DNA from: a virus
Reading direction: 5' to 3' (one strand)
DNA: 64,000 bases
Virus record (IMG/VR): IMGVR_UViG_3300035126_000631
Span: 10,044 to 74,043 of that record
Below the pieces are notes generated by a model that did not search any database, was not told the DNA's origin, and saw nothing but the letters and a program-made list of their open reading frames with translations. Position numbers and translations under genes: made by a program. Shown here piece after piece: positions 43,389-52,023 of this stretch. How positions within the stretch are numbered: the first letter of the stretch is position 1; each line of letters starts with the position of its first letter.

Positions 43389-44765
43389 TTATTTACGGTA
43401 ATGTTTGGATACGATGGCTTCGGCTCCCAGCGGGAGGTCCGAGGCCCAAATTGGTGGGGTCGACATGATTTCTTCGATCACTTGGCGGTGATCTTCGGCG
43501 TCATATTCATCGACGAGGACGACGACTTCATCGTGGATACGCATGAGGATTTCATAACCAGCGTCTTCCAGTGCCATGCAGCGGTCCATGAAGACATCAC
43601 GGGCAAGCGCCTGCGTGGCATTTTCCGCCAGCAAGCCCCCATACAGCTTTACGTCCATGAGCTTCCCGAGTCTCGGGAGCTTGGCGACGATGTTGCCGGT
43701 GATGCGCCGAACGTCGCGGTAAACGAGTTCTCGTCCGGAGGGTAGGGGAATTTCCAAAGTCTTGTCGTTTGGGTCGGTGGCGATGCGGAGCGCACGATCG
43801 AGCTTGGCCCACAGTGCGGTGATCTTCGGAGACGACTCGCGGTAGGACTGCACAATTTGTTGCGATTCCTCGAAAGATATGTCGAGTCCGGCCAGCATCT
43901 TGGCGACGAGTTGGAACTTCGCCGCACCGCAGCCATAACCAAGACCAAGCACACGGGCCTTGGCGAGAAAGCGCATCTTCGGATCCACTTCCTTGAGTGG
44001 GCGGGGGTCGTTGTATCCCATCGTCGCCCTGGCGTGCGCCTCGTAGATGTCGATACCGGAGGCGATCAGTTTGAGGAGATCCTTGTCGCCCGCGAGGTAG
44101 GGGAGGCAGCGTGCTTCGATCTGGGCAAGATCGCAGATGACGAGTGTATTCCCCGCGGGAGCCTCGATGAGGTTGCGGATATCCACGCCGGCCACTTCTC
44201 CTTTGGGGATATTCTGGGCGTTCCAGCCGCCCCCTCCGCTATCCCGTCCGGTTGTGGCACCGAAGTATTTAAGCTCGTAGCCCATCCGACCGTCGGGCCG
44301 CGTCCGGGCAATCATCGCCTGCACGGTCTTCAAATGTTTGTTGGCCTTACGGTAGTCGCGCACAGCGCGAACCCACGGAAACTTGTCGGCGAACTCCGCT
44401 TCCCATGCCGCACCCTCGGGATCTTTCTCCGCAAAGGACTTCGGTGAGCGGATACCTTCCTTCTCGCACTGGTCGCGGATCGCTTGCAGGGAGAGGGGAG
44501 GATATTCACCACCGATCCAAGGAAGAAGAGCCTCGGTCCGGCGCTTCTCCTCGATGAGCTTGGCTTCCGCGGCCTTGAGCTTCTCCATGTTGACTGGCAC
44601 CCCGCGCATTCCCATCCGGCGCGTCATAGCCGAGATCCGCCACTCATGGTCGGGCATCTTATGGCCATGCTCCTTCCAGAGCATGAAGGTGGCCTTCGCG
44701 TCATGGAGCGCGTAGCGGGCGACTTCTTTTTTGAAGTCGTTGGTCATGTAAGGGCTCTTAGGCAT
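43389..44765 (-). CDS. family A DNA polymerase, C-terminal part (Exo III + polymerase)
   Basis: YALHD, TTGRDS, NAQN, motif A DLAQIEAR, motif B KARVLGLGYG and motif C IHDE. Confidence 0.92.
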   Translation of the reverse strand: MPKSPYMTNDFKKEVARYALHDAKATFMLWKEHGHKMPDHEWRISAMTRRMGMRGVPVNMEKLKAAEAKLIEEKRRTEALLPWIGGEYPPLSLQAIRDQCEKEGIRSPKSFAEKDPEGAAWEAEFADKFPWVRAVRDYRKANKHLKTVQAMIARTRPDGRMGYELKYFGATTGRDSGGGGWNAQNIPKGEVAGVDIRNLIEAPAGNTLVICDLAQIEARCLPYLAGDKDLLKLIASGIDIYEAHARATMGYNDPRPLKEVDPKMRFLAKARVLGLGYGCGAAKFQLVAKMLAGLDISFEESQQIVQSYRESSPKITALWAKLDRALRIATDPNDKTLEIPLPSGRELVYRDVRRITGNIVAKLPRLGKLMDVKLYGGLLAENATQALARDVFMDRCMALEDAGYEILMRIHDEVVVLVDEYDAEDHRQVIEEIMSTPPIWASDLPLGAEAIVSKHYRK

Positions 44766-45000
44766 CGGGTTTCTTCAATACAAAGGGTCTTGGTAGGAGG
44801 ATCGGCCGCTGTCCCGCTTTCCGGCTGGTTGTCTTGCGGCGGTAGCCGATCAGGGCCAGGTCGTCTCCCGACTTCGCGATGATTGGGATGAGCCGGCCCT
44901 GCTTCACGAGGCGCTCGATCTTCGGCATACCTTGGCGTTGTTTTGCTTGGTTGGTGGCTGTTCGTTGCACGACAGACCCGTCTTTCAGTCCGTAGCTCAT
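44758..45000 (-). CDS. basic hypothetical protein inserted within the polymerase locus
   Basis: 80 aa, overlaps its neighbours at both ends. Confidence 0.55.
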   Translation of the reverse strand: MSYGLKDGSVVQRTATNQAKQRQGMPKIERLVKQGRLIPIIAKSGDDLALIGYRRKTTSRKAGQRPILLPRPFVLKKPDA

Positions 45001-45185
45001 CGTCTTACGAAGGTCTGGTCACTCAGCCACATGGCGTTGAGATGCTCGTGAGACATGTCTGCTTTCCAGAAGAAAGCCGACTTGCGTTGGGTTTTCGGAT
45101 CGGGTTCGAAGGTGACGTAGCCATCGTTGTCGTGACCGAAATCCTCCGGTGTCTGCCATCCGCTGATCGCGGTGAATACGCGCAT
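44997..45185 (-). CDS. hypothetical protein inserted within the polymerase locus
   Basis: MRVFTAISGW..., TAATG-coupled to the exonuclease stop. Confidence 0.55.
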   Translation of the reverse strand: MRVFTAISGWQTPEDFGHDNDGYVTFEPDPKTQRKSAFFWKADMSHEHLNAMWLSDQTFVRR

Positions 45186-45682
45186 TAGTCCTTTGTCCAT
45201 ATCATCCCTTTCATATTGGTTCGGGTGTCTTTCTTGATTTTGATTTTGAGCAGTTCGGCCGAGGCTTGGGCCAGACTCCTGGGGTAGCCTAGATAGGCCG
45301 CGAGGTCGGCTGTATCGAAGACGAAGCGAGGCTTCACTGGAGGCACCGTGCCGGACTCGACGAGCGCGTCGAAGAGCGTCAGGTCGAAGGCAGCGTTGTG
45401 CATGATCCAGTTGAGCCCGTCGCACTCGTCCCACGGCGCGTCGAAGGGTGATCCGACATAGGCATCCCCGTCGTCGAAATACATGCTTACCATGTAAATG
45501 TCGGTAGCGCGGGCGTAGTGCCATGCCCCCATCGTGGTGACTGAGGTGTCGGTGTCGTAGTAGCTCTCGAAGTCGATTGCTACGGAAGAGCACTGGGAGA
45601 CTGCGTTTTTCGCGCAAACCCCGCCCCCCAGCGGAGTTGTTTGTGTTTTAATTGTGCAGTCCCCCAGTAAAGTCGTTGTCAT
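45185..45682 (-). CDS. family A DNA polymerase, N-terminal 3'-5' exonuclease part (Exo I + II)
   Basis: AIDFESYY, HNAAFD and FDTA; the ORF ends before Exo III. Confidence 0.85.
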   Translation of the reverse strand: MTTTLLGDCTIKTQTTPLGGGVCAKNAVSQCSSVAIDFESYYDTDTSVTTMGAWHYARATDIYMVSMYFDDGDAYVGSPFDAPWDECDGLNWIMHNAAFDLTLFDALVESGTVPPVKPRFVFDTADLAAYLGYPRSLAQASAELLKIKIKKDTRTNMKGMIWTKD

Positions 45683-45894
45683 AGTTCGTAGCATGGTCGC
45701 GTGGGGTCGAACGCTGCCGGCGGTGGAAGCTGTGAGCGTAGCCACTCGATCTCGGTGAGAAGGTCTCCAGCAAAGAGGCAAAGGTCATCGACCAGTTCCT
45801 CTTGGGCGGCGATTTCGTCAATCAACTGCCCAAGCGTTGTGAAAGAATCACGCGGCCCGAAGTTGATGCGCCCGATGGTGTATTCTGCGTTCAT
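45679..45894 (-). CDS. hypothetical protein
   Basis: 71-aa coupled ORF. Confidence 0.55.
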   Translation of the reverse strand: MNAEYTIGRINFGPRDSFTTLGQLIDEIAAQEELVDDLCLFAGDLLTEIEWLRSQLPPPAAFDPTRPCYEL

Positions 45895-46066
45895 AGTATT
45901 TTTGCCGTTGCTGCTTTGTGAATTTTCGCTTTTTGGATTTCGGAGTTGTCCGGTGCCAGTTTCCGCAATACAGGCAGAGATAGATGTCTTGCCCGGGAAA
46001 CCGTGCCTGCTCCTCGGTCAGGTAGGCGCGTTTTGTCATGCAGCCGGATATAAAATCGGTCTTCAC
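45891..46066 (-). CDS. small putative zinc-finger protein
   Basis: YLCLYCGNWH motif (ORF track 45848-46066). Exact limits are uncertain. Confidence 0.4.
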
Positions 46067-46069
46067 AAC

Positions 46070-46258
46070 TCATTCCTCCTCCTCCTCTTCCGCCTTGCGA
46101 TCCGCTTCACGTTCTTCTTCGCAGTCACACTCTCCGTAGAAGCCTTCGCAATACTCGCAGTATTGTTCCATTGGGTCGTTGCGTCTGGCCCAGTAGTGAG
46201 CTTCTTCAGCGTCCATGCCTTGCGCTTCGTCGCGGTCCTGATCTGGGTCACTCGGCAT
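46070..46258 (-). CDS. small acidic Cys-containing protein
   Basis: YCEYCEGFYGECDC. Confidence 0.5.
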   Translation of the reverse strand: MPSDPDQDRDEAQGMDAEEAHYWARRNDPMEQYCEYCEGFYGECDCEEEREADRKAEEEEEE

Positions 46259-46373
46259 TTTGATCCTCCCGTAGCTTATAGCCCATCGCCCATGCGAAGA
46301 TGGCTCCGTAGGTTGCGAGTCCGCCGAGCATAATGCCGACGGCGAGACCGATGAGAAACCAGCCGGCGCTCAT
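46248..46373 (-). CDS. small membrane protein (41 aa)
   Basis: MSAGWFLIGLAVGIMLGGLATYG... Confidence 0.5.
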   Translation of the reverse strand: MSAGWFLIGLAVGIMLGGLATYGAIFAWAMGYKLREDQNAE

Positions 46374-46642
46374 GCTGTCCTCCAGAAACGAAGGCGATCA
46401 ACGCCCTCTCCGTCAGTGACGAGTCTAGTCGCGAACTTCTTACCGGAGCGACGGCCAGTGCTTGAGGCAATGGACCGCAGCCCATTGAAGCCTTCACAAG
46501 TCGAAGCCGGATAGACGAACGAGTCGCCGACGTTGAGCTTGGATAAAAGCCACGACAGCGGGTGTTGATACCGCGACTGTTCACCGGGCTTCTTGTCCGC
46601 GAGTGGAACGTCCTCATCGATGACGATTTGGTAAGTCCTCAC
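46370..46642 (-). CDS. putative DNA-binding protein
   Basis: IDEDVPL..SRYQHP..LNVGDSF..KFATR..RFWR, a common phage family pattern. Confidence 0.65.
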   Translation of the reverse strand: MRTYQIVIDEDVPLADKKPGEQSRYQHPLSWLLSKLNVGDSFVYPASTCEGFNGLRSIASSTGRRSGKKFATRLVTDGEGVDRLRFWRTA

Positions 46643-46724
46643 TTTGCGTCCCCTCCTTTAGCAGCGAGCCATGCGCCGAACCCGAGAAGTCCTAGCCACG
46701 AGAAGAATAGTCCGATGGCCGCGG

Positions 46725-46919
46725 TCATTTGATCCCCCCGACAAATTCACGCTGGCGCTCGGTCAGCAGATTTTCCTTCCACTCCTGTAACTCCCATTGC
46801 GCGAGTTCTTCCGACATCTGGTGGCGCTTATGAACCTCCAGATAGGCGGAGCCAAACCCGACAACCACGGCGGTGGTGACAGCCATCGCCATGACGGAAC
46901 AGAATCGACGTGCGGTCAT
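46725..46919 (-). CDS. small membrane-anchored protein
   Basis: MTARRFCSVMAMAVTTAVVVGFG. Confidence 0.5.
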   Translation of the reverse strand: MTARRFCSVMAMAVTTAVVVGFGSAYLEVHKRHQMSEELAQWELQEWKENLLTERQREFVGGIK

Positions 46920-47272
46920 TTCCACTCCTTCCGGTGGCAGAGGAGGCCGATGATCCCGTAATTCGCGATATCCAACCAAGTGTCGGAAACCTTCTCGTGC
47001 TCTGGCGACTTGTCCTTCCAGACGAGCGTCTTGAGGCGCTCGACCTTATCATTCATCCGGACGATGATTCCCTTCTCGCCGAAGGCGGAGATGTTCGCGC
47101 TGCCGTAGTCGCGCTGTTTGGAGTCGAGGAGAACAGCAGATTCGCAAAAGGCACGGAACGCTTTACGTCCCATGTCGGTTTTGATGCCGAGAGCTTCGGC
47201 GGTTTTGTCCATCAATCCTTCGGCATCGAGTTCGAAGGCTTTCGGGTCGTAGGTAATAGTTTCAGTAGTCAT
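46916..47272 (-). CDS. nucleotide-modification-associated / MazG-like domain protein (DUF1599-like)
   Basis: KQRDYG..GIIVRMNDKVERL..DTWLDIANYGII. Confidence 0.8.
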   Translation of the reverse strand: MTTETITYDPKAFELDAEGLMDKTAEALGIKTDMGRKAFRAFCESAVLLDSKQRDYGSANISAFGEKGIIVRMNDKVERLKTLVWKDKSPEHEKVSDTWLDIANYGIIGLLCHRKEWK

Positions 47273-47291
47273 AAAAATTATTTTGAAGAAG

Positions 47292-47354
47292 TCCCCGGAG
47301 AGGGAGAACACAGGGACGCCAACCAAAGCGCCCCAACAAGACCCTCTCCGGGGA
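47292..47354 (-). other. long intergenic RNA hairpin
   Basis: Perfect 13-bp TCCCCGGAGAGGG/CCCTCTCCGGGGA stem plus an inner 8-bp stem. Confidence 0.6.
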
Positions 47355-47361
47355 AATTCAT

Positions 47362-47559
47362 TTAGCGTTTGCTTCGTTGCCAGACTTCGACGGAGTAGCA
47401 ATCTCCGCTGAAGGCCACGTCTTTGTTGTTACGCCTCGCGTCAGACACGACACGCAACAGCCAATCCTCTTGCTTGGGTGAGTAGTGACCCGCCAAGCTG
47501 ACATACCCGTCGTCTTTCAACTGCTTCGGGGTATGGAAGCGGAGATTCTGGTAGCCCAT
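47362..47559 (-). CDS. hypothetical protein
   Basis: MGYQNLRF, TAATG-coupled to the SSB gene. Confidence 0.55.
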   Translation of the reverse strand: MGYQNLRFHTPKQLKDDGYVSLAGHYSPKQEDWLLRVVSDARRNNKDVAFSGDCYSVEVWQRSKR

Positions 47560-48302
47560 TAGATGAGGCTTTTGATTTCCGCCTGAACTGCCTCCGGCAC
47601 TTCGCCGGCCGTCTTGAGGGACGGCACCCACCAGGAGCCCTTGTCTCCGGTCTTGGTCTTCGCCCCGAGCAGATAGAACCCGCCCATGAGGCCGGTCTTG
47701 TTCAAATGCCCGACGCGGTAATCCGAGTAGAGGATCTGAGCCGTCTCCGCGTAAGCGGTGGAGGACGCCGTGTAGAGGACGCGAGCGTATTCCTTGTCTC
47801 CGAGCAAGTAGAAGAACTCGGAGGACGCTTCCTCACTGAGCTTCTCGGGTTTCTCGATCAGGAACTCGATGTGCCCGACTTTGGCAAAGATGCCTTCACC
47901 GCGGCCGTAGGCGACACGACCGCCGTTCATACGAACTTGCTCGGCCGTCGCGAAGACGCGAGGACGGACGTTCGGGTCGTAGGGGAGGGACTCTTGGTAT
48001 TCCACCTTAAGTCGGACCGCGATGACCTTGAGCGAGCCAGCTTCACCTTTCACGACATCGGTAAGCTGGTGCTCTTTCTTGAGAACCCACGCTCCGGGCG
48101 TGAAGAGGTTGGAGAGATCGCCAACTTTGTTGACGAGATTCAGGCGCGGCAACTTGATGTCGTCACTGCCGAACTCGCCAAAGATTCCTTTTTCCGGCGC
48201 TTCGCCGATGATGGCGACCTGTGTTTCGGGACGAACCGCGATGGCGCTGCTCTCCTCGATGACTGTAGCCTCAACGGCCTCTTCGAATGATACTTTTCCC
48301 AT
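47559..48302 (-). CDS. putative ssDNA-binding protein
   Basis: DDIKLPRLNLV and C-terminal KGSWWVP; located between nuclease and polymerase genes. Confidence 0.55.
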   Translation of the reverse strand: MGKVSFEEAVEATVIEESSAIAVRPETQVAIIGEAPEKGIFGEFGSDDIKLPRLNLVNKVGDLSNLFTPGAWVLKKEHQLTDVVKGEAGSLKVIAVRLKVEYQESLPYDPNVRPRVFATAEQVRMNGGRVAYGRGEGIFAKVGHIEFLIEKPEKLSEEASSEFFYLLGDKEYARVLYTASSTAYAETAQILYSDYRVGHLNKTGLMGGFYLLGAKTKTGDKGSWWVPSLKTAGEVPEAVQAEIKSLI

Positions 48303-48319
48303 ATATAGTGATGGAGTTA

Positions 48320-50734
48320 TTATTTCTGTTTCTTGAGGTAGTGATACGCTCCCTCTGAGCGGGCCGCATCGGCGTCAACCAATGCGTCACGAAGGTTGTC
48401 TTTGGCCCGTTTCATCTCACCGCGGGGTGCGGTGCGGGCGATGGCTTTCTCTAGCGCACCGATGGAGACTTCGGCGCAGGCGGCGAATGCCTCGGGGCTG
48501 ATCCGGTCGCGGACCACGTCCCACGCTTTCTGGGCGTCGGTGACCTTGAAGGGGAGGGCACGTTCGGCCAGTTCGTAGCCTGGGATCTCGATACCCTCTT
48601 CGAGTCGCATTTGAAGGGCACGTTGATCGACCTTCTCAGCCCACGACTTCATAATCGGCGCGGCCCGTTTGGCGAGCGCAATAACGTGCGGGTCGGCGAT
48701 GTTCGCCGGATCGTATTGCGCCGGCAGTGCGAGTTCGTCGGCCTTGTATTGGGTGGCGATCGTCAGTGCGAGTGACGACAACTTCGGGCAACTCGCCTGT
48801 TTCGCGCACCAAGCGCAATGCGATCCGGTTAAATAGGTCGCGGGGTCATCCCGCCTAGCAGCAGCTATAATGGCGGTGATTTGCGCGGAGAGACGCTCAT
48901 AGTCTTTTTCCCGAGACCACGTCTCCTTGTCGATGACCCCGCGAAAGGGCAAAAGCACATGCACAGTTATTTCACTGACCTCCGGATGAGCGTCCCAGAG
49001 GCCGACGGCATACGCCCAGAATTGCGGTGAATCGGCGACGTATTCACCGAAGGCAAATTTGTAATCAATCAACTCGGCTTTGTCGCCGTGTAGGATGATG
49101 TGGTCGACATGACCGAACTGGTCCTGCATGTAATATTTTTGCTCCCGAAGCTCCTTGTGCGGGCCGACTTGTTTGCGGAGCGATGCTAAGTATTTGAGGC
49201 ACTGGTCGGCCGCTTCCCGCAGCTTCGGGTCATCTGGCGGGATGACATCGAGATTTTCTTTCTCCACCGCGAGGTGCCCGAGAGTTCCGCGGTTCGCTGC
49301 GCTCTTGTCGCGGGTCTGGTCGTTGCGAAAACCGGGGCACTTGGCCTTCTCTTTGAGGCTCGAAGGGGAGTGCTCGCTGTGCTCTTTTTCTTCGGGTTGT
49401 GGAGTTATTTCAGCGGGCATGGAAGTAGAGACATCACCCCATTTACTTTCGTTCAAATTATTTTCTCCGCGGTTTAAGATCGCCACATTTTCACGTTTTT
49501 CGGCGGTCAATTTCAACGCAGCTTGCTCAACGGTGCCGCCAGCAAAGAGTCGGATGGCCAGCGCACGGGACTTGGCACCGACCCTGCAAATACGACCCAC
49601 CGCCTGTTCCTCGACGGTTCCGGAAAACTGCGGACATAGCAGAGCAACTCGCGGGTAACGTCCGTCCAGATCGTGAAGGTCGATGGACTGTCCACCGGCT
49701 GCGATCTGCACGATGACGGCCCGGAGGTCGTTCCTTTGAAAGGAATCTTGGGTCTTTTTTCTCTCAGTTTGGGGGACGCGGCCGTCGATGACTTCTGCCT
49801 CGGGGAACTGCTTTTTCGCTGTGTCGATGCTTTCATGGAAATTCAAAAAGAGGACGACCGAGCCACCGGACTCGACGATCTCCTTCGCCCGTTCGACGAT
49901 GTAGGGCACTTTGACCAGTTCGATCGCCTGACGTTGCCGCAGGTTTTTGACCCCACCAGGATCATCCGGATCGGCCATCTCGTCATAGAGTTCCTTGATC
50001 GTCGCCTTGTCCTTCGGACTCAACCACAGCGGGTCATCCTCGGTCATCAGTTCCGGCAACTGCTCCCTGAGTGTTTCCTCGGAAACGCGGTATCCTCTGT
50101 TCGCGAATACCGAATGGTGCAGCCGTTCCATTGCGACCTTGTTGGCCGGTAGTTTGGGATTCCATTCGATGCCACCCCAGCGTGATTCTTCGGCCCCCAT
50201 CTCACGGACCCACTTCCAAAAGTAGCCGGAGGTGAAGAGCCGGAGATTCACCCCGATCGCCTTCATCCGGAGGGGATTTTCTGCCGCCGTGGCCGAAAGC
50301 ATGAGGACATAGTTCCCCGCCGCGGCCTCCAGCATCTTCCCGTTCTGCGAGTTGTAGGCTCCGAACATGTGAACCTCATCGAATATGAAGAGACACCGAG
50401 CGGGAACCTGCCACTCGTAGGCAAACTTCTTTCCTCCTTTGGAGACCTTTTTGAGCCAGGGCGTGTTCCCGTTCCGTAACTTTTCTGGGTTCAGGACGAA
50501 GAGCGGATCGACCCCGAAGCTGGACAGGGTATCTGTCCATTTCGAGAGGACCGACTTTGGGGCGATCACCCCAATGGGCAAAGCGAACCGAGCCGCTACA
50601 CTACTGGCAATGACTGTCTTTCCTCCCCCGCACCCTGTCCCGTCGAGTGACGATCCGACAGAGTCGAGGATTTTGAGGTGGCGGTCGACTGCTTCCTTCT
50701 GGTAGGGAAAAAGGTTGAACGTCTTGGTGGGCAT
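48320..50734 (-). CDS. SF2/SNF2-like helicase fused to a Cas4-like PD-(D/E)xK nuclease (DUF2800-like)
   Basis: LFPYQ, GGGKT, DEVH, SAT and QAVGRICRVG, then HSPSSL..CPG, GTLGH, GHVD..IDYKF and HCAWC..C. Confidence 0.85.
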   Translation of the reverse strand: MPTKTFNLFPYQKEAVDRHLKILDSVGSSLDGTGCGGGKTVIASSVAARFALPIGVIAPKSVLSKWTDTLSSFGVDPLFVLNPEKLRNGNTPWLKKVSKGGKKFAYEWQVPARCLFIFDEVHMFGAYNSQNGKMLEAAAGNYVLMLSATAAENPLRMKAIGVNLRLFTSGYFWKWVREMGAEESRWGGIEWNPKLPANKVAMERLHHSVFANRGYRVSEETLREQLPELMTEDDPLWLSPKDKATIKELYDEMADPDDPGGVKNLRQRQAIELVKVPYIVERAKEIVESGGSVVLFLNFHESIDTAKKQFPEAEVIDGRVPQTERKKTQDSFQRNDLRAVIVQIAAGGQSIDLHDLDGRYPRVALLCPQFSGTVEEQAVGRICRVGAKSRALAIRLFAGGTVEQAALKLTAEKRENVAILNRGENNLNESKWGDVSTSMPAEITPQPEEKEHSEHSPSSLKEKAKCPGFRNDQTRDKSAANRGTLGHLAVEKENLDVIPPDDPKLREAADQCLKYLASLRKQVGPHKELREQKYYMQDQFGHVDHIILHGDKAELIDYKFAFGEYVADSPQFWAYAVGLWDAHPEVSEITVHVLLPFRGVIDKETWSREKDYERLSAQITAIIAAARRDDPATYLTGSHCAWCAKQASCPKLSSLALTIATQYKADELALPAQYDPANIADPHVIALAKRAAPIMKSWAEKVDQRALQMRLEEGIEIPGYELAERALPFKVTDAQKAWDVVRDRISPEAFAACAEVSIGALEKAIARTAPRGEMKRAKDNLRDALVDADAARSEGAYHYLKKQK

Positions 50735-50747
50735 AACGTCTAAAAAT

Positions 50748-50993
50748 ATGATGAAAATTATTAACTCAGTAGTCGTAGCAAGTTTGTTAGCTGGAAGTGC
50801 ATGGGCCGGAGAGGTTTCCTATATCGTCGACCCGAGCGGGAATAACCAAATCGTCTGGGTCCAGAGGCAGGGCAATATCCTGTATGTCACAGAGTCGGAT
50901 GACATGAAGCTGGAGCGCATGTCTCGTCGCATGTCGGAACGCCGTCGCATGTCGTCGGAGAGTTTGCTTGGCGATCTTCTGGACATTCGCTAA
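50748..50993 (+). CDS. small exported protein, counter-oriented
   Basis: Signal peptide MMKIINSVVVASLLAGSAWA, low GC. Confidence 0.55.
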   Translation: MMKIINSVVVASLLAGSAWAGEVSYIVDPSGNNQIVWVQRQGNILYVTESDDMKLERMSRRMSERRRMSSESLLGDLLDIR

Positions 50994-51315
50994 CCACGCG
51001 GTCGGACTCCTTTACGAGTTCCAACCAATCAGCGGCGAGCATCGTGACTAACCACGGCTCGCCGTTTTTCTTGTGCGCGACGACCGGCGTCTTCGTGCCG
51101 CTATCGGCAATCGCCTGCTTCATCGCGTTGAGCACGTTGAGATTCTGCACCCCTTTCACTTCGAAGTGCATTGAAGGCAATTCAGGACAAACCACATCGG
51201 CATTGCCTGCGGCACCGCAATACTGCTGACCGCGGAAAGCCTTGAGGAATCCGGCCTCGCGGAGTTGATCCCGCCAGAGCCGCTCGACCCGTTTGCCTTT
51301 CTGCCGCGAGTTCAC
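50887..51315 (-). CDS. Holliday junction resolvase (Hjc-like PD-(D/E)xK)
   Basis: NSRQKGKRVER..RGQQY..ADV..HFEVK; GTG start. Confidence 0.8.
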   Translation of the reverse strand: MNSRQKGKRVERLWRDQLREAGFLKAFRGQQYCGAAGNADVVCPELPSMHFEVKGVQNLNVLNAMKQAIADSGTKTPVVAHKKNGEPWLVTMLAADWLELVKESDRVVSECPEDRQANSPTTCDGVPTCDETCAPASCHPTL

Positions 51316-51602
51316 GGCAACGCGCTCCCCAGTCGGCCTTGCGCCCACAGCACGAGATCATCGTCGTTGTAGACGATCTTCTTGTCCCCGAGCCGGACGA
51401 AGGGGAGACCCTGTTTTCGCCAGTAGTTCAACGAAGCGTAAGTGAAAGGTTTACCTAAAAGTTCACTCAGCCGGGCGACAGCCTCGCCGGCACTATAGAC
51501 CGCTTTGCGCGGTTGCGCGGGCTCGGCTATTTCTAGTCGGACCCGACCTTCTCCTATCGGTGTCGCCCTGAATGAGGCGCACTCGATCGTCATGGTGGTC
51601 AT
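51312..51602 (-). CDS. excisionase-like HTH DNA-binding protein
   Basis: SLNYWRKQGLPFVRLGDKKIVY..DLVLW. Confidence 0.65.
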   Translation of the reverse strand: MTTMTIECASFRATPIGEGRVRLEIAEPAQPRKAVYSAGEAVARLSELLGKPFTYASLNYWRKQGLPFVRLGDKKIVYNDDDLVLWAQGRLGSALP

Positions 51603-51615
51603 GTGGAGTTATTAT

Positions 51616-51792
51616 CTAGAGCCCGAAGAAGTTACGCAAAGCCTTACGTATGACCGCGCTCATTGAGCGCCCCGAACTCTCTGACTCCTTTTTCAGGCGG
51701 TCTTCAAGCTCGGGGTCGCTGGCGAATGAGCGGATCAGCTTCGGGTTGCGAAGATTACTCAGCTTCTCCGTCAAGGGTGCCTCTGAATTCAT
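51616..51792 (-). CDS. ribbon-helix-helix (CopG-like) regulator
   Basis: RSFASDPELEDRLKKESESSGRSMSAVIRKAL. Confidence 0.7.
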   Translation of the reverse strand: MNSEAPLTEKLSNLRNPKLIRSFASDPELEDRLKKESESSGRSMSAVIRKALRNFFGL

Positions 51793-51928
51793 TGGGTTCT
51801 CTACGATACAACGCGAGACCGTCTTCGACAAACAGAGCCGCTAACTTCTCTGGGGGGAGAGAGCAACGGTGGGCAGCTTCGATTAGTTCTTGGCTGTGGG
51901 TATTATTTAAGGCTATCTGCATGGGCAT
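51755..51928 (-). CDS. small putative RHH-like regulator (57 aa)
   Basis: Hand-translated MPMQIALNNTHSQELIEAAHRCSLPPEKLAALFVEDGL..., with a GAGG RBS. Confidence 0.5.
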   Translation of the reverse strand: MPMQIALNNTHSQELIEAAHRCSLPPEKLAALFVEDGLALYRREPNEFRGTLDGEAE

Positions 51929-51980
51929 ATCTGTATTCCTCTCTTATGTGTGTGTGGTTGTGGTTTTATGCTGGCGTAGT

Positions 51981-52017
51981 GAAAAAGAAGCTGCGGGGAG
52001 TGGGGCGTCCCCGCAGC
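51981..52017 (-). terminator. Rho-independent terminator
   Basis: GCTGCGGGGA..TCCCCGCAGC stem followed by TTCTTTTTC, right after the 52024 stop. Confidence 0.75.
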
Positions 52018-52023
52018 GGTGAT

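Noticed and set aside
44766-45184. Group I/II intron or intein in the polymerase
   Set aside because: No recognisable intron core, homing endonuclease or intein motifs, and the gap is filled by coupled ORFs. It cannot be fully excluded without a covariance search.
48320-49420. Cas4-like domain as evidence of CRISPR-Cas
   Set aside because: Its context (helicase, SSB, PolA) is that of a phage recombination exonuclease; no cas1, cas2 or array.
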